Source of the DNA: Octopus vulgaris
Taxonomy: Eukaryota
Length of the DNA: 64,000 nt
Direction of reading: 5' to 3'
NCBI GenBank assembly: GCA_951406725.2
Contig: OX597833.1
Location: forward strand, 35,774,001-35,838,000
Shown here piece by piece: positions 1 through 12,338 of the stretch (within the stretch, counting starts at the first letter, position 1; each line of letters starts with the position of its first letter). A program made the translations under genes and the position numbers. The notes beneath the pieces are model-generated. The model did no database searches. It had not been told where the DNA came from and was given only the letters and a program-made list of their open reading frames with translations.

Positions 1-35
1 CCTGTGGTTAATAAAGAAAAGGAAATCATTATTAA

Positions 36-75
<40 letters not shown>

Positions 76-749
76 AGTATTGCTGTTGTTGTTGTTATCA
101 TTATTGTTGTTGCTGTTGTTTCACTAGTGCATGCTAATTTAGATAGCAGGTATGCGCGTTTGAATTCCAATCTCTATCAGTTGACCACTGCAGTGGAAGT
201 AATCGAGGAGCACCCACCTCCAAACTTTCAGGCTTTGTGCTTATAGTAGAAAGTACAATACTAATAAATATTATTGGTGTTGTTATTTTTGTTAGACGTA
301 TGTCACATCGGCGTCCGAAATTTTGTTAAATTTTGTTGAAAATACATTTTCCTTTGTAAATTTTTGTTAAAATTTGAGTGAGTGTCCCTACTTTGTTAGG
401 AAAAAAGGATGATCTCATATCAAACTGGACCCTAAAGATTACAATTTTTTCTAATATGTATTTCCTCTCATTTTCTTTTCTAGTTTCGAATTATGGTGGG
501 AGTAGCGCCCAAGTAAGAAATTAAACTAGGGTGTAACATAAAAAGCAACTCATACCACCACCAGCTTCATGACAAACATTCGCTGAACATCATCATCATC
601 ATCATCTTCCTCAACAACAACAAAAACGATGGCAGCAGTGGTAATGACAACAATAAGGACAAAGTTTTTGACAACACAAGTAAAAACGACACCAGCAACA
701 AAAGCAACAGCAACAACAACAAAACAACAACAGTTACGGCAATACGACA

Positions 750-1556
750 AAACTCGACGCTTAGAAGCAACAACACACACCCAAGTCGAAAGATGCTGTC
801 AAAGAAGTACTGGCAGATATAGGTTATGCGGGAAGAGTAAGGGGGTTGGGGAAGTTGGAGGTTCACTTCAAAAGGGAAGACTTCGTGTGGAAACAACCCG
901 TAGTACCCACAAGTGAGAAGCAACTCGCCCTTTGCCCAACATATTTAGGGAGAAGGACCTGTTACGGTAAGACAGAGTTCCAGCTGTGTTGGACATCTGG
1001 TAGATGGTCACCTGCTCCTCAACATGAAACAAACAGAAGGTGAATTTGGGATCACAGTAGAGATCCTCCTCTAGACCAAGCTGAAGTGTAGAGAAACAAA
1101 TCCAAGACCTAATCTACCGGCCTAATGGAATCATACTCAAGGCAGTGTGACAAAATGCCACTTGTGAGTTGCAAAGCTTTCTGCCCTAACAAAAAACAGA
1201 AGAGAGGGGCAGACACAGCGACTAAGCTAAAGCACCAAGTTCGATGCTGTTCTTATCGAGGACAAACTATTTCTTGTCCGGATTCAAAAGGATTGAGTAT
1301 ATCTCGAAGTTCATGCGTGGTTCGAAACAATGCCACCATCCCTCTCACCGCAGCCATTTCGGTCCCCCCAGAAAGGTGGCTGTGAGATCTTTGCATCTTT
1401 GGTCACTGAGTACGTCTTTCCCGATGCACTAAGTTATAATTCTCTTGGCGATTGTTGTTGCCTTATTTGCCCTTGTATTTATGTAAATCCCCATTATCCT
1501 TTGACCTTAAATTGTCCTAAATGGTTCTGAGGCCTTTGGGGCCAATAAAAAGATTA

Positions 1557-1651
<95 letters not shown>

Positions 1652-1652
1652 T
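750..1652 (+). mobile_element. Decayed, internally deleted Tx1/L1-like LINE: ORF1 remnant joined to a 3' end with AATAAA and (ATT)n tail
   Basis: Homologous to 31978-32500 (shared aaactcgacgc.tagaagca.caacacac, ggacatctgg, agt.gagatcct). The remnant LCPTYLGRRT resembles Tx1 ORF1. It ends ccAATAAAaaga followed by (att)n. Confidence 0.55.
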
Positions 1653-1749
1653 TCATATACACATAACAGATTAGACTGTTGGAAAAGAAAAAAATCTTAA
1701 CATCGGACTACAAGTCACCTTAGATGCCCCTTATGGGTAGAAAAGAAAT

Positions 1750-1912
1750 AGGTATTTCGACTGCCACTACGCTCTGAGTTCTAATTCCTCCGAGGTCGAC
1801 TTTGCCTTTCATCCTTTCGGGGTTGATAAATTAAGTACAAGTTTCGTATTGTGGTCGATCTAATTGACTGGCCTCCCCCAAAATGTCGGACCTTGTGCCT
1901 AGAGTAGAAAAG
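1750..1912 (+). mobile_element. tRNA-derived SINE family A, 5'-truncated
   Basis: Contains the family core gaggtcgactttgcctttcatcctttcgggg.tgataaattaagtac and the tail ccttgtgcctagagtagaaaag. Confidence 0.85.
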
Positions 1913-2420
<508 letters not shown>

Positions 2421-2552
2421 CTTATTACCAGTATAATTTCTTTTGGACTATACGTTATGGTGTCTTTCTGTTGTGTAAGTTTTGTAAAAAGTATCTTTTT
2501 GCTCATCCCGTTACTGAGTTCTTCTGTGTCAATGTTGTTTGTTTACCTGCAG

Positions 2553-2594
2553 AATTGGTTGTGTCAGGATACAGTAATAATATCATCGATCCAT
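2553..2594 (+). CDS. Candidate 42-nt internal exon of an unidentified gene
   Basis: Acceptor gttgtttgtttacctgcAG and donor cat|GTAAGT. Length is a multiple of 3. Open in phase 1 (LVVSGYSNNIIDP) and phase 0 (NWLCQDTVIISSIH). No homology recognised. Confidence 0.35.
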
Positions 2595-3189
2595 GTAAGT
2601 TAATAATATCATCATTAATAATACCATCGTTAATATCATGCAGTTAATATCATCGGTACATTCAGTAAAAAAAAAAACCTTTTTAGTATTGCCTTAAAAA
2701 ATCTGCACAAACAACTGTAAGCACGGTGTGCGAGGGGAAATAATTGAAAGATTTGATGCAGGAAGAAATCCTGTATTTTACTGAAGAAAGTTTGGTGTTG
2801 CTTGTGATAAGTAATAACAGCTGTTGTTACAACAACACAGATACTATCGCCACTATCATCCCTAACATCGTTTGCTGATGGTGATCCTATCTATCTTGCG
2901 GCAACGCCACCTACTGTTGTTTTTGGTGACAACATCAGCAACACCTCCACTACTATAGACAACACCAGTAGCTGCTGATATGCGCACAAGAAAAGCATAA
3001 CCATTGTTGTCGGCAACGCCATCAGCAGTGGTAATAGCAGAAGTAAAAAAGATAAAGTCGCTCTCACTTGAATCATGAAGTAGTACTAAATGAAAACCTC
3101 TATAAGCAGCAATAGTTGCAACAACACTTTCACCGATAGACTGCTATCATTTTTGCCACCAACAAGAAACCTATCTCCTTCACCCAAGT

Positions 3190-3680
3190 CAAGAAGTAAA
3201 TGGTACACTCACTCACGAACAAAGAAGCCTTCAGGAAAAATGTACAAAGCCTGCATTGTCCGACTTGGCATGTTAGTCCTGCACATAACCACATACAGAT
3301 GTGACAAGAAAGAAAGTAAAATATATGCCATCCCCATTTCAGCAAAAACCGAAAATACCTTAAGAGTGTATAGGTGCCATACACAGAAATAAATGAGAAG
3401 AAATATGAGACAGAATAGGTTTTATGCACCAATGAATACCAGGCCATGAAACTTTCAACCATAATTTGCTCCTTTACCGCGTACATTCTACCCCAGTTCT
3501 ATAAAGGGCATTGTGTCTTCAAAATGAGAATAAATTGTTACCGAGTATAGATATTAATGTTTTGTTAATGTTGTTAAATGGGCATAAATACATTGATCTC
3601 CTGCCAGAACTGTTCAAAAGTTCAGATAGAAATAACCTACAAATCTCCTGGAAACCTCTAATCTTATTTATTTCAAGAAT
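3190..3680 (+). mobile_element. Heavily decayed RTE-like LINE C-terminal remnant
   Basis: KMYKACIV and GHCVFKM resemble the RTE motifs VYxACVLSTLLYG and GHVxRM. Many stops and frameshifts. Confidence 0.35.
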
Positions 3681-3719
3681 CTGATTCAAATGAGTATTGT
3701 GGAAAAGGACAGGAAAATT

Positions 3720-4155
3720 CAGAAGGCCAGAATTGTCAGTAAACGAGGGGACGTTGCCGGTTCGCAATAAACTGTACAGGCAGTGCAATGCTGTCACCTG
3801 GGCCTCTCTCAGATGTGCGTAGTGCGACAAAACCGTCCTGCATTCACTTGAACATTGCCTGAGCATCGTCAGCTTGTGCAGCTATGTCGAAAGCTACTAC
3901 CGTGTGTAGGGTGGATCCATATATCAGACCACTAGTATGTGAAGATGACCTTGCTGCTTATCTTTGCTGAGAAGGGCAAGTAGTTTTCGTCTGCCTGGAG
4001 TCTATGGCGTAAGAGTTTGTGTGATGGACGAAACTGAAAGGAATAAAGATAGATATTTTTTCTTTGGCCAAGCCCTCACCGACATTTTAAAATTACTTAC
4101 GAAAAGGAAGATGAAAGTAAGAGGAATATGCTGCATCCAGTGCATTTGCTGAAAA
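3720..4155 (+). mobile_element. Tx1/L1-clade LINE ORF2 C-terminal (zinc-binding) remnant
   Basis: Frame fragments GTLPVRNKLYR, RCA*CDKTVLHSLEHC, WTKLKG and GQALTDILKLLTKRKMKVR match the C-terminal CxxC..H..C region of Tx1-type ORF2. Confidence 0.65.
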
Positions 4156-4830
4156 GCATGGCCCTACATCGCTTGACAACTGATGCTGGTGTGTTTACGT
4201 CCCCGTAACTTAGCGGTTCGGTTTAAGAGACCGATAGAATAAGTACTTGAGAGAATAAGACAGAGGAGACGAATGTTTGCTGTCATTGCTGTCTTTGTTG
4301 TTGTTGTTGTTGTTGCTGATGCTATTGTTATTGTTGTTGCTGAAGGTCACCTATCAATAGTACCCTTCGTGGTAGATGTGACTCAGGATCTGTGGTGTTT
4401 CTTAGTAAAGAGTAAAGAGTAAAAAGAGTAAAGAGTATATACATCCCTTTGATTTCTGAGTACAGTTTCTGGCACAGTATACACTTAGCTTTATATCCTT
4501 CACGAGTCGATAAAATTAGTACAAGACAAGTATTGAAGTTGATTTAATGCACAGTTATCTCCCCACAAAATCTGTGTTGTCTTGCAAGAAATCGTTATCA
4601 TATTTCGGTATTTGTTTGCTTGTACGTTTGCTTGCTTGCTTGTGTGCGCGTGTGTGTACGTGCGTGCGGTTGGAGAAAAGGGTTAATCAATTGAACAGAA
4701 CTCCCTATAAATTTTTCTTCAGCGAAACATTAAAGGAATAACTTGTCGTGTCATCCAGCCATTCATCTAGAAGACGATTTCATTGCACCAATAACACGGC
4801 GTCCTTTTTTCACACACACTCCGCAAGGAT

Positions 4831-4907
4831 TGTCGCCATTTTGATTCTTTGATTCACAATTGATTTTATTTCCCATTTTCAACGAAGACTAATGGGCTGT
4901 GACGTCA
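4831..4907. promoter_or_regulatory. Candidate promoter-like island with a YY1 motif and a full CRE
   Basis: cgccatttt at 4834-4842 (AAAATGGCG on the minus strand) and palindromic TGACGTCA at 4900-4907, in unique sequence. Confidence 0.35.
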
Positions 4908-5261
4908 TGGTTGCAGAAAGAGACAGAGCAGACGAATGTTTGCTGTCATTGCTGTCTTTGTTGTTGCTGTTGTTGCTGATGCTGTTGTTGTTGTTGTTGC
5001 TGTTGTTGTTGTTGTTGTTGTTGTAGCTGCTGTTGTTTTCATGATGATGATGATGATGATGAAGGTGTTGATGATGACAATGAATGACTAAGTGGACTAC
5101 AACGATGACAGTAAAATCGACGATGACAGCTTCGACGATCATTAGGACGACGACGACGACGAAGATTTTGCTGATGCTGTTAGTGAATTTGAGGTAATTT
5201 TTCAGGTAGAATACATCTTTACACATATTTATATATCATATTATATTATATTATATTTTAA

Positions 5262-5516
5262 TTTCTAATGAAAATTATCTTTAGTTTAAGAATTCTAAAG
5301 GAAGATTGGGAAACCCATTCAGAAAGGCACCTTCGGGAAACTTCTTTCATACGTGCATATTCATTATGCATATATAACTAAAACATTTTCTTTTTATAAT
5401 CCCATCGTTTCATTAAAGAATCAAAGCACAAGTATCTAAAAGATACCACTATACTGAAGTATTAGTAACTAAATTGTCAGTTCAACCACCTACCCTGAAA
5501 ATAAGAAATATGAAAT
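5262..5516 (+). repeat. About 255-bp direct repeat, copy 1 (copy 2 at 6194-6451)
   Basis: Both copies run tttctaatgaaaa ... ccctgaaaataagaaatatgaaat with scattered differences. Confidence 0.9.
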
Positions 5517-5534
5517 TCTCTTCTACTGTTTTAC

Positions 5535-5735
5535 TCGTTTACTTGTTTCAGTCATGTGACTGCGGCCATGCTGGAGCACCGCCTTTAGTCAATCAAATTG
5601 ACCCCAGGACTTATTCTTTGTAAGCCTAGTACTTATTCTATCGGTCTCTTTTGCCGAACCACTAAGTTAAGGGACGTAAACAAACCAGCATCGGTTGTCA
5701 AGCGATGTTGGGGGACAAACACAGACACACAAACA

Positions 5736-5811
<76 letters not shown>

Positions 5812-6190
5812 TCATCCTCATTGTTCGACCGTGGTCGAGACAATGGATAAGGAGGCGAGTGTAAGTTCCATCCAACCGCCTCTCAAGCTTCTTTGATAAC
5901 GTCCAGGTTTCTGAGCCATATAGTAGAATTGGTTCGACTGTGGCTTTGAAGATTTTAAGTTTGAAATCTCTACTTAGATTTGATGACAAGATCTAATGCA
6001 TATCATTACAGGCTGATATACATATATACGACGAGCTTCTTTCAGTTTCCGTCTACCAAATCCACTCACAAGGCTTTGGTCGGCCTGAAGCTATAGTAGA
6101 AGACACATACCCAAGGTGCCACGCAGTGGGACTAAACCCGGAACCATGTGTTTGGTACGCAAGCTACTTACCACACACTCACTCCTGCGC
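5535..6190 (-). mobile_element. tRNA-derived SINE family B (central CA/TA microsatellite) with a nested RTE fragment
   Basis: Minus-strand head gcgcaggagtg...gtggtaagtagcttg...ggttccgggtttagtccc, and 3' body aaggcggtgctccagcatggccgcagtc. Confidence 0.9.
5812..6015 (-). mobile_element. RTE-clade LINE 3' fragment
   Basis: SSNLSRDFKLKIFKATVEPILLYGSETWTLSKKLERRLDGTYTRLL contains the hallmark RTE post-RT motif LLYGSETW. Confidence 0.9.
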
Positions 6191-6193
6191 TCC

Positions 6194-6451
6194 TTTCTAA
6201 TGAAAACTATCTTTCATTTAAGGAAGATTAGGAAACTCATTCAGAAAGGTGTCTTCGGGAAAATTCTTACATACTTGCATATTCATTATGCAGGAATATG
6301 TATATATAACCAAAACATATTTTCTTTTTATAATCCCATCGCTTCATTAAATTAATCAAAGCACAAGTATCTTAAAGATATCACTATACTGAAGTATTAG
6401 TAACTAAATAGTCAGTTCCACCACATACCCTGAAAATAAGAAATATGAAAT
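6194..6451 (+). repeat. About 255-bp direct repeat, copy 2
   Basis: See 5262-5516. Confidence 0.9.
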
Positions 6452-7378
6452 ATATGACAAAAAGAGGAATGGAAGAGACTAATATTGTTCATTTAACGAC
6501 AATTTTGCTGAAAAAGCAATTAGTAATTATCACTCTATATCCTTAAATTAGTTACGAAAAATCACGTCGTTACATAAAGACTATATAGAATATATCTATT
6601 GAATTACTACCAATAAAATCGACATTACAAGATCGCATTTCCTTAGACAATAAGAGACAGTTTCTGCGAATGCAAGCTACCTGATAGATGAAGTAACTAA
6701 ATTTACCTTACATCACAACGTACCGTTCTACAGTAGGACAGTCACTCTGGAATGACGAGCTCGGGTGGGTGTGCCAGTGGAAAAGGATGAAGAACAATTT
6801 CCGAAGCGTTTGTAAAATCGAATCTTCGACCTGAACACTTGGCTGCACATGTTCACGCACACACACACACACATACAGACACACACACACACACATACGT
6901 ACACACACGCAAATTTATATATTATATATATGTATGCATATACATATATGATAATGGCCACACACGCCGATTTCCACGCATGACTGTTTGAAGGAAAGGA
7001 TGAAAAAACCCCAGAAAAGCTGCATTTATTTGCAATGGATGTATGAATGCAATTTGAGTCCAGTTACGGATTTTGATATGAAAACACAATGAGGACAACA
7101 ATGGTTTTGATTTTGCCTGGAACTGGACAAATATGTATGTTGATTAGAGAATATAAATATATTAATGTTTGTTTCTTCAACTCAAACTTTTTACATGCAT
7201 CATGACACATTTTACGTCATACCGATCGATGTTGGCAATAATTTTATCATTATGATAAATTAAGCTATAGGGATTTTTAGTATGCGTTTTACCTTAGCTT
7301 TATACCTTAGCAAGGGTCTTCCTTTACCACGGAATAACCCTACATATATATAAACACGTGCATATTCACACACACACT

Positions 7379-7449
<71 letters not shown>

Positions 7450-7455
<6 letters not shown>

Positions 7456-7870
7456 AAATGGGACAAGAACGCAAACATCCAGATAGTTAGGTGATACAAA
7501 AAAGGGACAACAAAACAACCAGATAGACGATACAAAGAAAACAAGTACGGGTCATTCGGGGTTTTCTTTCCTCAGTTGAGTTCCAGATTATCTTTGCAAT
7601 TTCAGCTGGTTATACTCGAGAGCGTTCCAATCTGGCCAGCCCCCAAGAAAAAACTAAGCTAAGAGCATTAGATTCCTTGGAAGAAAGCAGCGACTGTATA
7701 CGAAAACTGTGTTGTGTCTGGGGAGAGTCTTTCTCTTTTGGTGCCTTATAATGTAACACACTCACTGATAAGATTTCCACTCATTTACTTATTTATTTTT
7801 CTAAAATTTTCGTTGCGTCTTGCAAACTTTTCAATAGTTGTTGACTCTGTCCGTTATTCAAGCTGCGCTC
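7450..7870 (-). mobile_element. Penelope-like terminal-repeat fragments next to (TA)n
   Basis: TA-flanked fragments with a degenerate hammerhead-like stem (minus strand ttgaaaa gtttgc aagac gcaac gaaa). Family assignment is inferred. Confidence 0.35.
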
Positions 7871-8069
7871 TTTTTGGTTGTACGTATGTGTTTGGGTCAG
7901 TGTGCGTAGGCATACACATGTATGTATGTGTGTGTGTGCATGTATATATGCATGTATGTGTGTACGTTTGTATGTAACTACTCTGCATATTCATGTGTCT
8001 GTGTATTTTTCTATGTGTGTGTGTTTGCATATGTAGCTCTCTCTCCTTGTGACTCTGTACTGTGTATCT

Positions 8070-8255
<186 letters not shown>

Positions 8256-8269
8256 TGCCAACAAACCCT

Positions 8270-9016
8270 GAAATTTTGGGGAGCGTGTAGATAGATTTCA
8301 TCGACCAAGTATTCATCTCGTACTTTACTTTAATTAATCCAAAAGGATTAAAGGGGAAATCGACCTCAGAGGAATTTGTATTTAGCACGTAAAAATGGTC
8401 GAAATGCCGCTAAACATTTTACCCAGTGTGGTAAGAATTCTACCAGCTCACCTCGTTAATAATGATAGTAGTTCCAAATGCATAGGACCAGCAGTTTCGG
8501 GGGAAGAAAATTTGAACTCAGAACATTAAATAATAATGGTGACGATGGTGAAGCTGATAATGAAGATGCGGTGAGGTGATTATATGCGTTCAATAAATAT
8601 CTCTCATTTGTAATTTATTATAATTAATACCTAGTTATTAATGAAACTTTCTCTCGATTAGGGAGAGCAAATGTCGCTAAGCATTTTGCCCGGCGTGCTA
8701 CCGCCTTAATAGTAATAATAAGGGTTTCGAATTTTGCCACAAAGGTAGCAATTTTAGGGGAGAGGATGAGTCCATTACATCGACCCCAGTGTTCTACTGG
8801 TACTGATTTTAACGACCCAAAATGGTGAAAGATAAAGTTGAATCCTTTCTACTATAGGCACAAGGCCTGGAAATTTGTGGGAGGGAACTAGTCAATTACA
8901 TCGACCCCAGTCTTTCACTGATACTTAATTTATTGACCCCGAAAGGATGAAACGCAAAGTCGACCTCGGTGGAATTTGAACCCAGAACGTAAAGACGGGC
9001 GAAATGCCGCTAAGCA

Positions 9017-9017
<1 letters not shown>
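8270..9017 (-). mobile_element. Cluster of family A SINE fragments
   Basis: Repeated catcgaccccagt, gaccccgaaaggatgaa..gcaaagtcgacctcgg.ggaatttgaac and gaaatgccgctaa. Confidence 0.85.
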
Positions 9018-9080
<63 letters not shown>

Positions 9081-9102
9081 CAATAATAATAATAATAACA
9101 AC

Positions 9103-9146
<44 letters not shown>

Positions 9147-9172
9147 TGATAATAATAATAATAATAATAATG

Positions 9173-9235
<63 letters not shown>

Positions 9236-9339
9236 GTAATAATAATGATAATAATACAATCAGGAAAAATGGCCGGTGACACGCACTAAAAGATTGCAGA
9301 CATGTCATAAGGAAAAAGTTGGTCAGTAAGAATAACTGC

Positions 9340-10205
9340 CAAGAGAGAGAAAGAAAGAAAGAGAGAGAAAGAAAGAAAGAGAGAGAAAGAAAGAAAGAGA
9401 GAGAGGAAAGAGAGAGAGAAACACAGACAGACAGAAAAGAGGTAAAAGGGGGGGAAATTAGAATAAAGTAGGAGAGGAGATAAAAGATGTGCGAAAAGTT
9501 GGGTGGGAAGTGGAAAGGATGACATAATATAGGAGACAACATAAGGAATAGAGGAAGGTGGATAATGACAACGAGTGAATGATGATAGATGAGTAATGTG
9601 GTGGTGGTGGTGGTGGTGGTGGCGGTGGAATGAGCGGGAGAAAGAGGAAGAGGAAGAGGAAGTTATAGGAAGAGTGAAAGGCAAAAGTGGAAGCAAAATA
9701 TGAGAGATATCCACACAAACACACAAACACAGGGATATATGTATATATATATTCAGAGAGAAGCAGGTAGAGAGGCAGAGAGAGAGAGAGAGAGATGCAG
9801 GTAGAGAGGCAGGGAGAAAGGCAGGTAGAGAGAAAGAGAGAGAGGCAAGGTAGAGAGGTAGGTAGAGAGGCAGAGAGAGAGAGAGAGAGAGAGAGGCAGG
9901 TAGAGAGGCAGAGAGAGAGGCAGGTAGAGAGAAAGAGAGAGAGGCAAGGTAGAGAGGCAGAGAGAGAGAGGCAGGTAGAGAGGCAGAGAGAGACAGAGAG
10001 AGGCAAAGAGAGAAAAAGAGAAGGCGACAGATAGATAGATAGATGGATAGATAGATAGAAAGAGAGAGGGAGAGAGAGAGAGAGAGAGGGACAGAGAGAG
10101 ACAGACAGACAGAGACAGAGACAGACACATAGAGATAGCGAGACAGATTGACAGAGATAGAATGATAGACAGATCGATAGTGAGAGAGAGAAGGGGGAGG
10201 GAGAG
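9340..10205 (+). repeat. Polypurine low-complexity tract (GA, GAAA, aggcaggtagag units, GATA)
   Basis: Directly visible. Confidence 0.9.
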
Positions 10206-10339
10206 GGAATATTGAACAAAAAGAAATAATTGTATAGCATAATAAATGAAGTTATCTAACAACAAATAAATAATCAATCTGTCTGTGTTACAATCAAGCT
10301 TTGTCTTTGTAACTGTCATGACCGTCAGCATGATCGTCT

Positions 10340-10391
10340 GCCTCTCTTTCCCCCCTCTCCCTCTATTGTCTGTCTATCAATCTCTTCTTCA

Positions 10392-10428
<37 letters not shown>

Positions 10429-11205
10429 AGCCCCAGTCTGATTCTTCGTCTGACAGTATGACCTTTTTGTCTTTCAATATTACCGTTTGTCTGTCAGTCT
10501 GACCCTAACTTTGTTAGACAGATTATGTCTCTGTTAGTCTTAACCCTCCCCACCACCACTTTCTTTCTTTGTTAGTCTGATACACCGTCTCTCTTTCTCA
10601 CTCACTCTCTCTTCCTCTCTCTCCCTCTCTCTCTCTCTTTATCTCTGATCCTCTTACTGTTACTCTGTAATTTCTTCTCTCTCTCTCTCTCTCTCTCTCT
10701 CTGACACACTCTCTGTCTGCTAATCTATTCCTCCCTCCCTCGCTTTTTCCCTAACACCCTGCCTGACTCTCTCCCTCCCTCCCTCTTTCTCTTTGTTAGT
10801 CTGAATCTCTTTCTCAATCTCTCTTTTCCATTGTCTGTCTCCCTTTCTCTGTCCCCGTCTCTCTCACTCTCTCTCACTCTCTCTCTCTCCTGCTCACTCT
10901 CCGTCAAGCTCACCTTCTCCCTTTGATTGTCTGATCCTCTATCCCTTTGACCCTCTCTGTTTTAGTCTGATCATATCTCAGTCGATCTGACCCTCTCTTT
11001 GTCAAGCTCACCATCTCCGTGTCAGTCTGACACTCTCTTTCTCTGACCATCTCAGATACTTTAAACCTCTTCTTTCCTTGTCAGATTCTCTCTTTATTAG
11101 CTTGAACATCTCTTTCCTTTCTCTCTCCATCTCTCATATTTCATTTCCCTCTCTCAGTTTGATTCGCCACCGTCTTCCTTTATTCTTCTTTCTTTCTGTT
11201 CCGTT
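10340..11205 (+). repeat. Polypyrimidine (TC-rich) low-complexity tract with recurrent agtctga
   Basis: Directly visible. Confidence 0.85.
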
Positions 11206-11219
11206 TACTTCAATTGCAG

Positions 11220-11282
11220 ATCCGACACTGAAACCCAAGACCTTTCCGCCAAAGTTGATGACCCATATAAAAACATGAGCAG
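11220..11282 (+). CDS. Candidate 63-nt symmetric exon (SDTETQDLSAKVDDPYKNMS) of an unidentified gene
   Basis: Long pyrimidine tract ending ttcaattgcAG, and donor ag|GTATTT. Length is a multiple of 3 and only the phase-2 frame is open throughout. Alternatively it is a terminal exon (PTLKPKTFPPKLMTHIKT*) with AATAAA at 11335-11340. Confidence 0.45.
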
Positions 11283-11474
11283 GTATTTTTTCTCCTCTTC
11301 TGGTTTCTTGTGTGTCATGGACCAGTGCCCCTTGAATAAACCCCATAAGAATTTAAAATAGGGAGATGGAAGAACGTCTAGGAATAAAAAAAAAATTAGG
11401 AATATTTCGTGTGTATGTATGTACATGCTTGTGTGTGTGGGGGGGGTGCGTCTACACATAAATACCTACATGAA

Positions 11475-11690
11475 GTTTTGATTTCGATTCCCGGACCGAG
11501 TTGTGTGTTGTGTTCTTGAGCAAGACACTTTATTTCACGTTCTTTCAGTTCACTCAGCTGTAGAAATGAGTTGCGACGTCACTGGTACCAAGTCGTATCG
11601 GCCTTTGCTTTTCCCTTGGATAACATCGGGGGCATGGAGAGGGGAAGCTGGTATACATGGGCGACTGCTGGTATTCCATAAGTAACCTTT
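11475..11690 (+). mobile_element. SINE family C (CORE-like), 5'-damaged
   Basis: ttcgattcccggacc...gttgtgttcttgagcaagacactttatttcacg, matching 21938-22275. Confidence 0.85.
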
Positions 11691-11746
11691 GCGTATATTT
11701 TGTATGTAGTGGCACACAATGTCTGCGTGTGTCTGTATGTTTCTGT

Positions 11747-11863
<117 letters not shown>

Positions 11864-12338
11864 GTGCATAAATGTTGAACGATGATAATGAGTGCTCGAC
11901 ACCGCATTGGTGGACAGAATTTGCTAAGAGAAAACATCTTAATATTTTACCAATTATTTAAGTCAAAGGCATGGAGGACATATGTATGTGTGCGCGCGCG
12001 TCTTCGTCTTTGTGGATATGTCCCCTACCCCGTTTGACAACTTGTGTTGTTTTGTTTACGTTTTTGTAACATAGCGGTTCGAGATAAACGACCAATATAA
12101 TAGCTACCAGGTTTAAAATGTAATTACTGTAGTCGGTTCATTCGACTAAACTCTCCAAGGCGTGACCACAGTATGGCCACAGTCCAATAGCTGAAACAAA
12201 TAAAAGATAAAAGAAAAAATATAAAATATATATCTTATATATCAATTTGGAAATATATATCTGTTTGGAAATAGACAAATTTGAGAACAGGGATTGGTAG
12301 ATGAACAACTAACTATTATTATCAATTTCAGATTAATA

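Noticed and set aside
3130-3486. 118-aa hydrophobic minus-strand ORF
   Set aside because: It lies antisense to a decayed LINE-like region and has no recognisable domain.
6712-6830. Possible minus-strand exon (gttcAG ... GTAAGG)
   Set aside because: The acceptor has no pyrimidine tract, the peptides are unrecognisable, and I found no partner exons on that strand.
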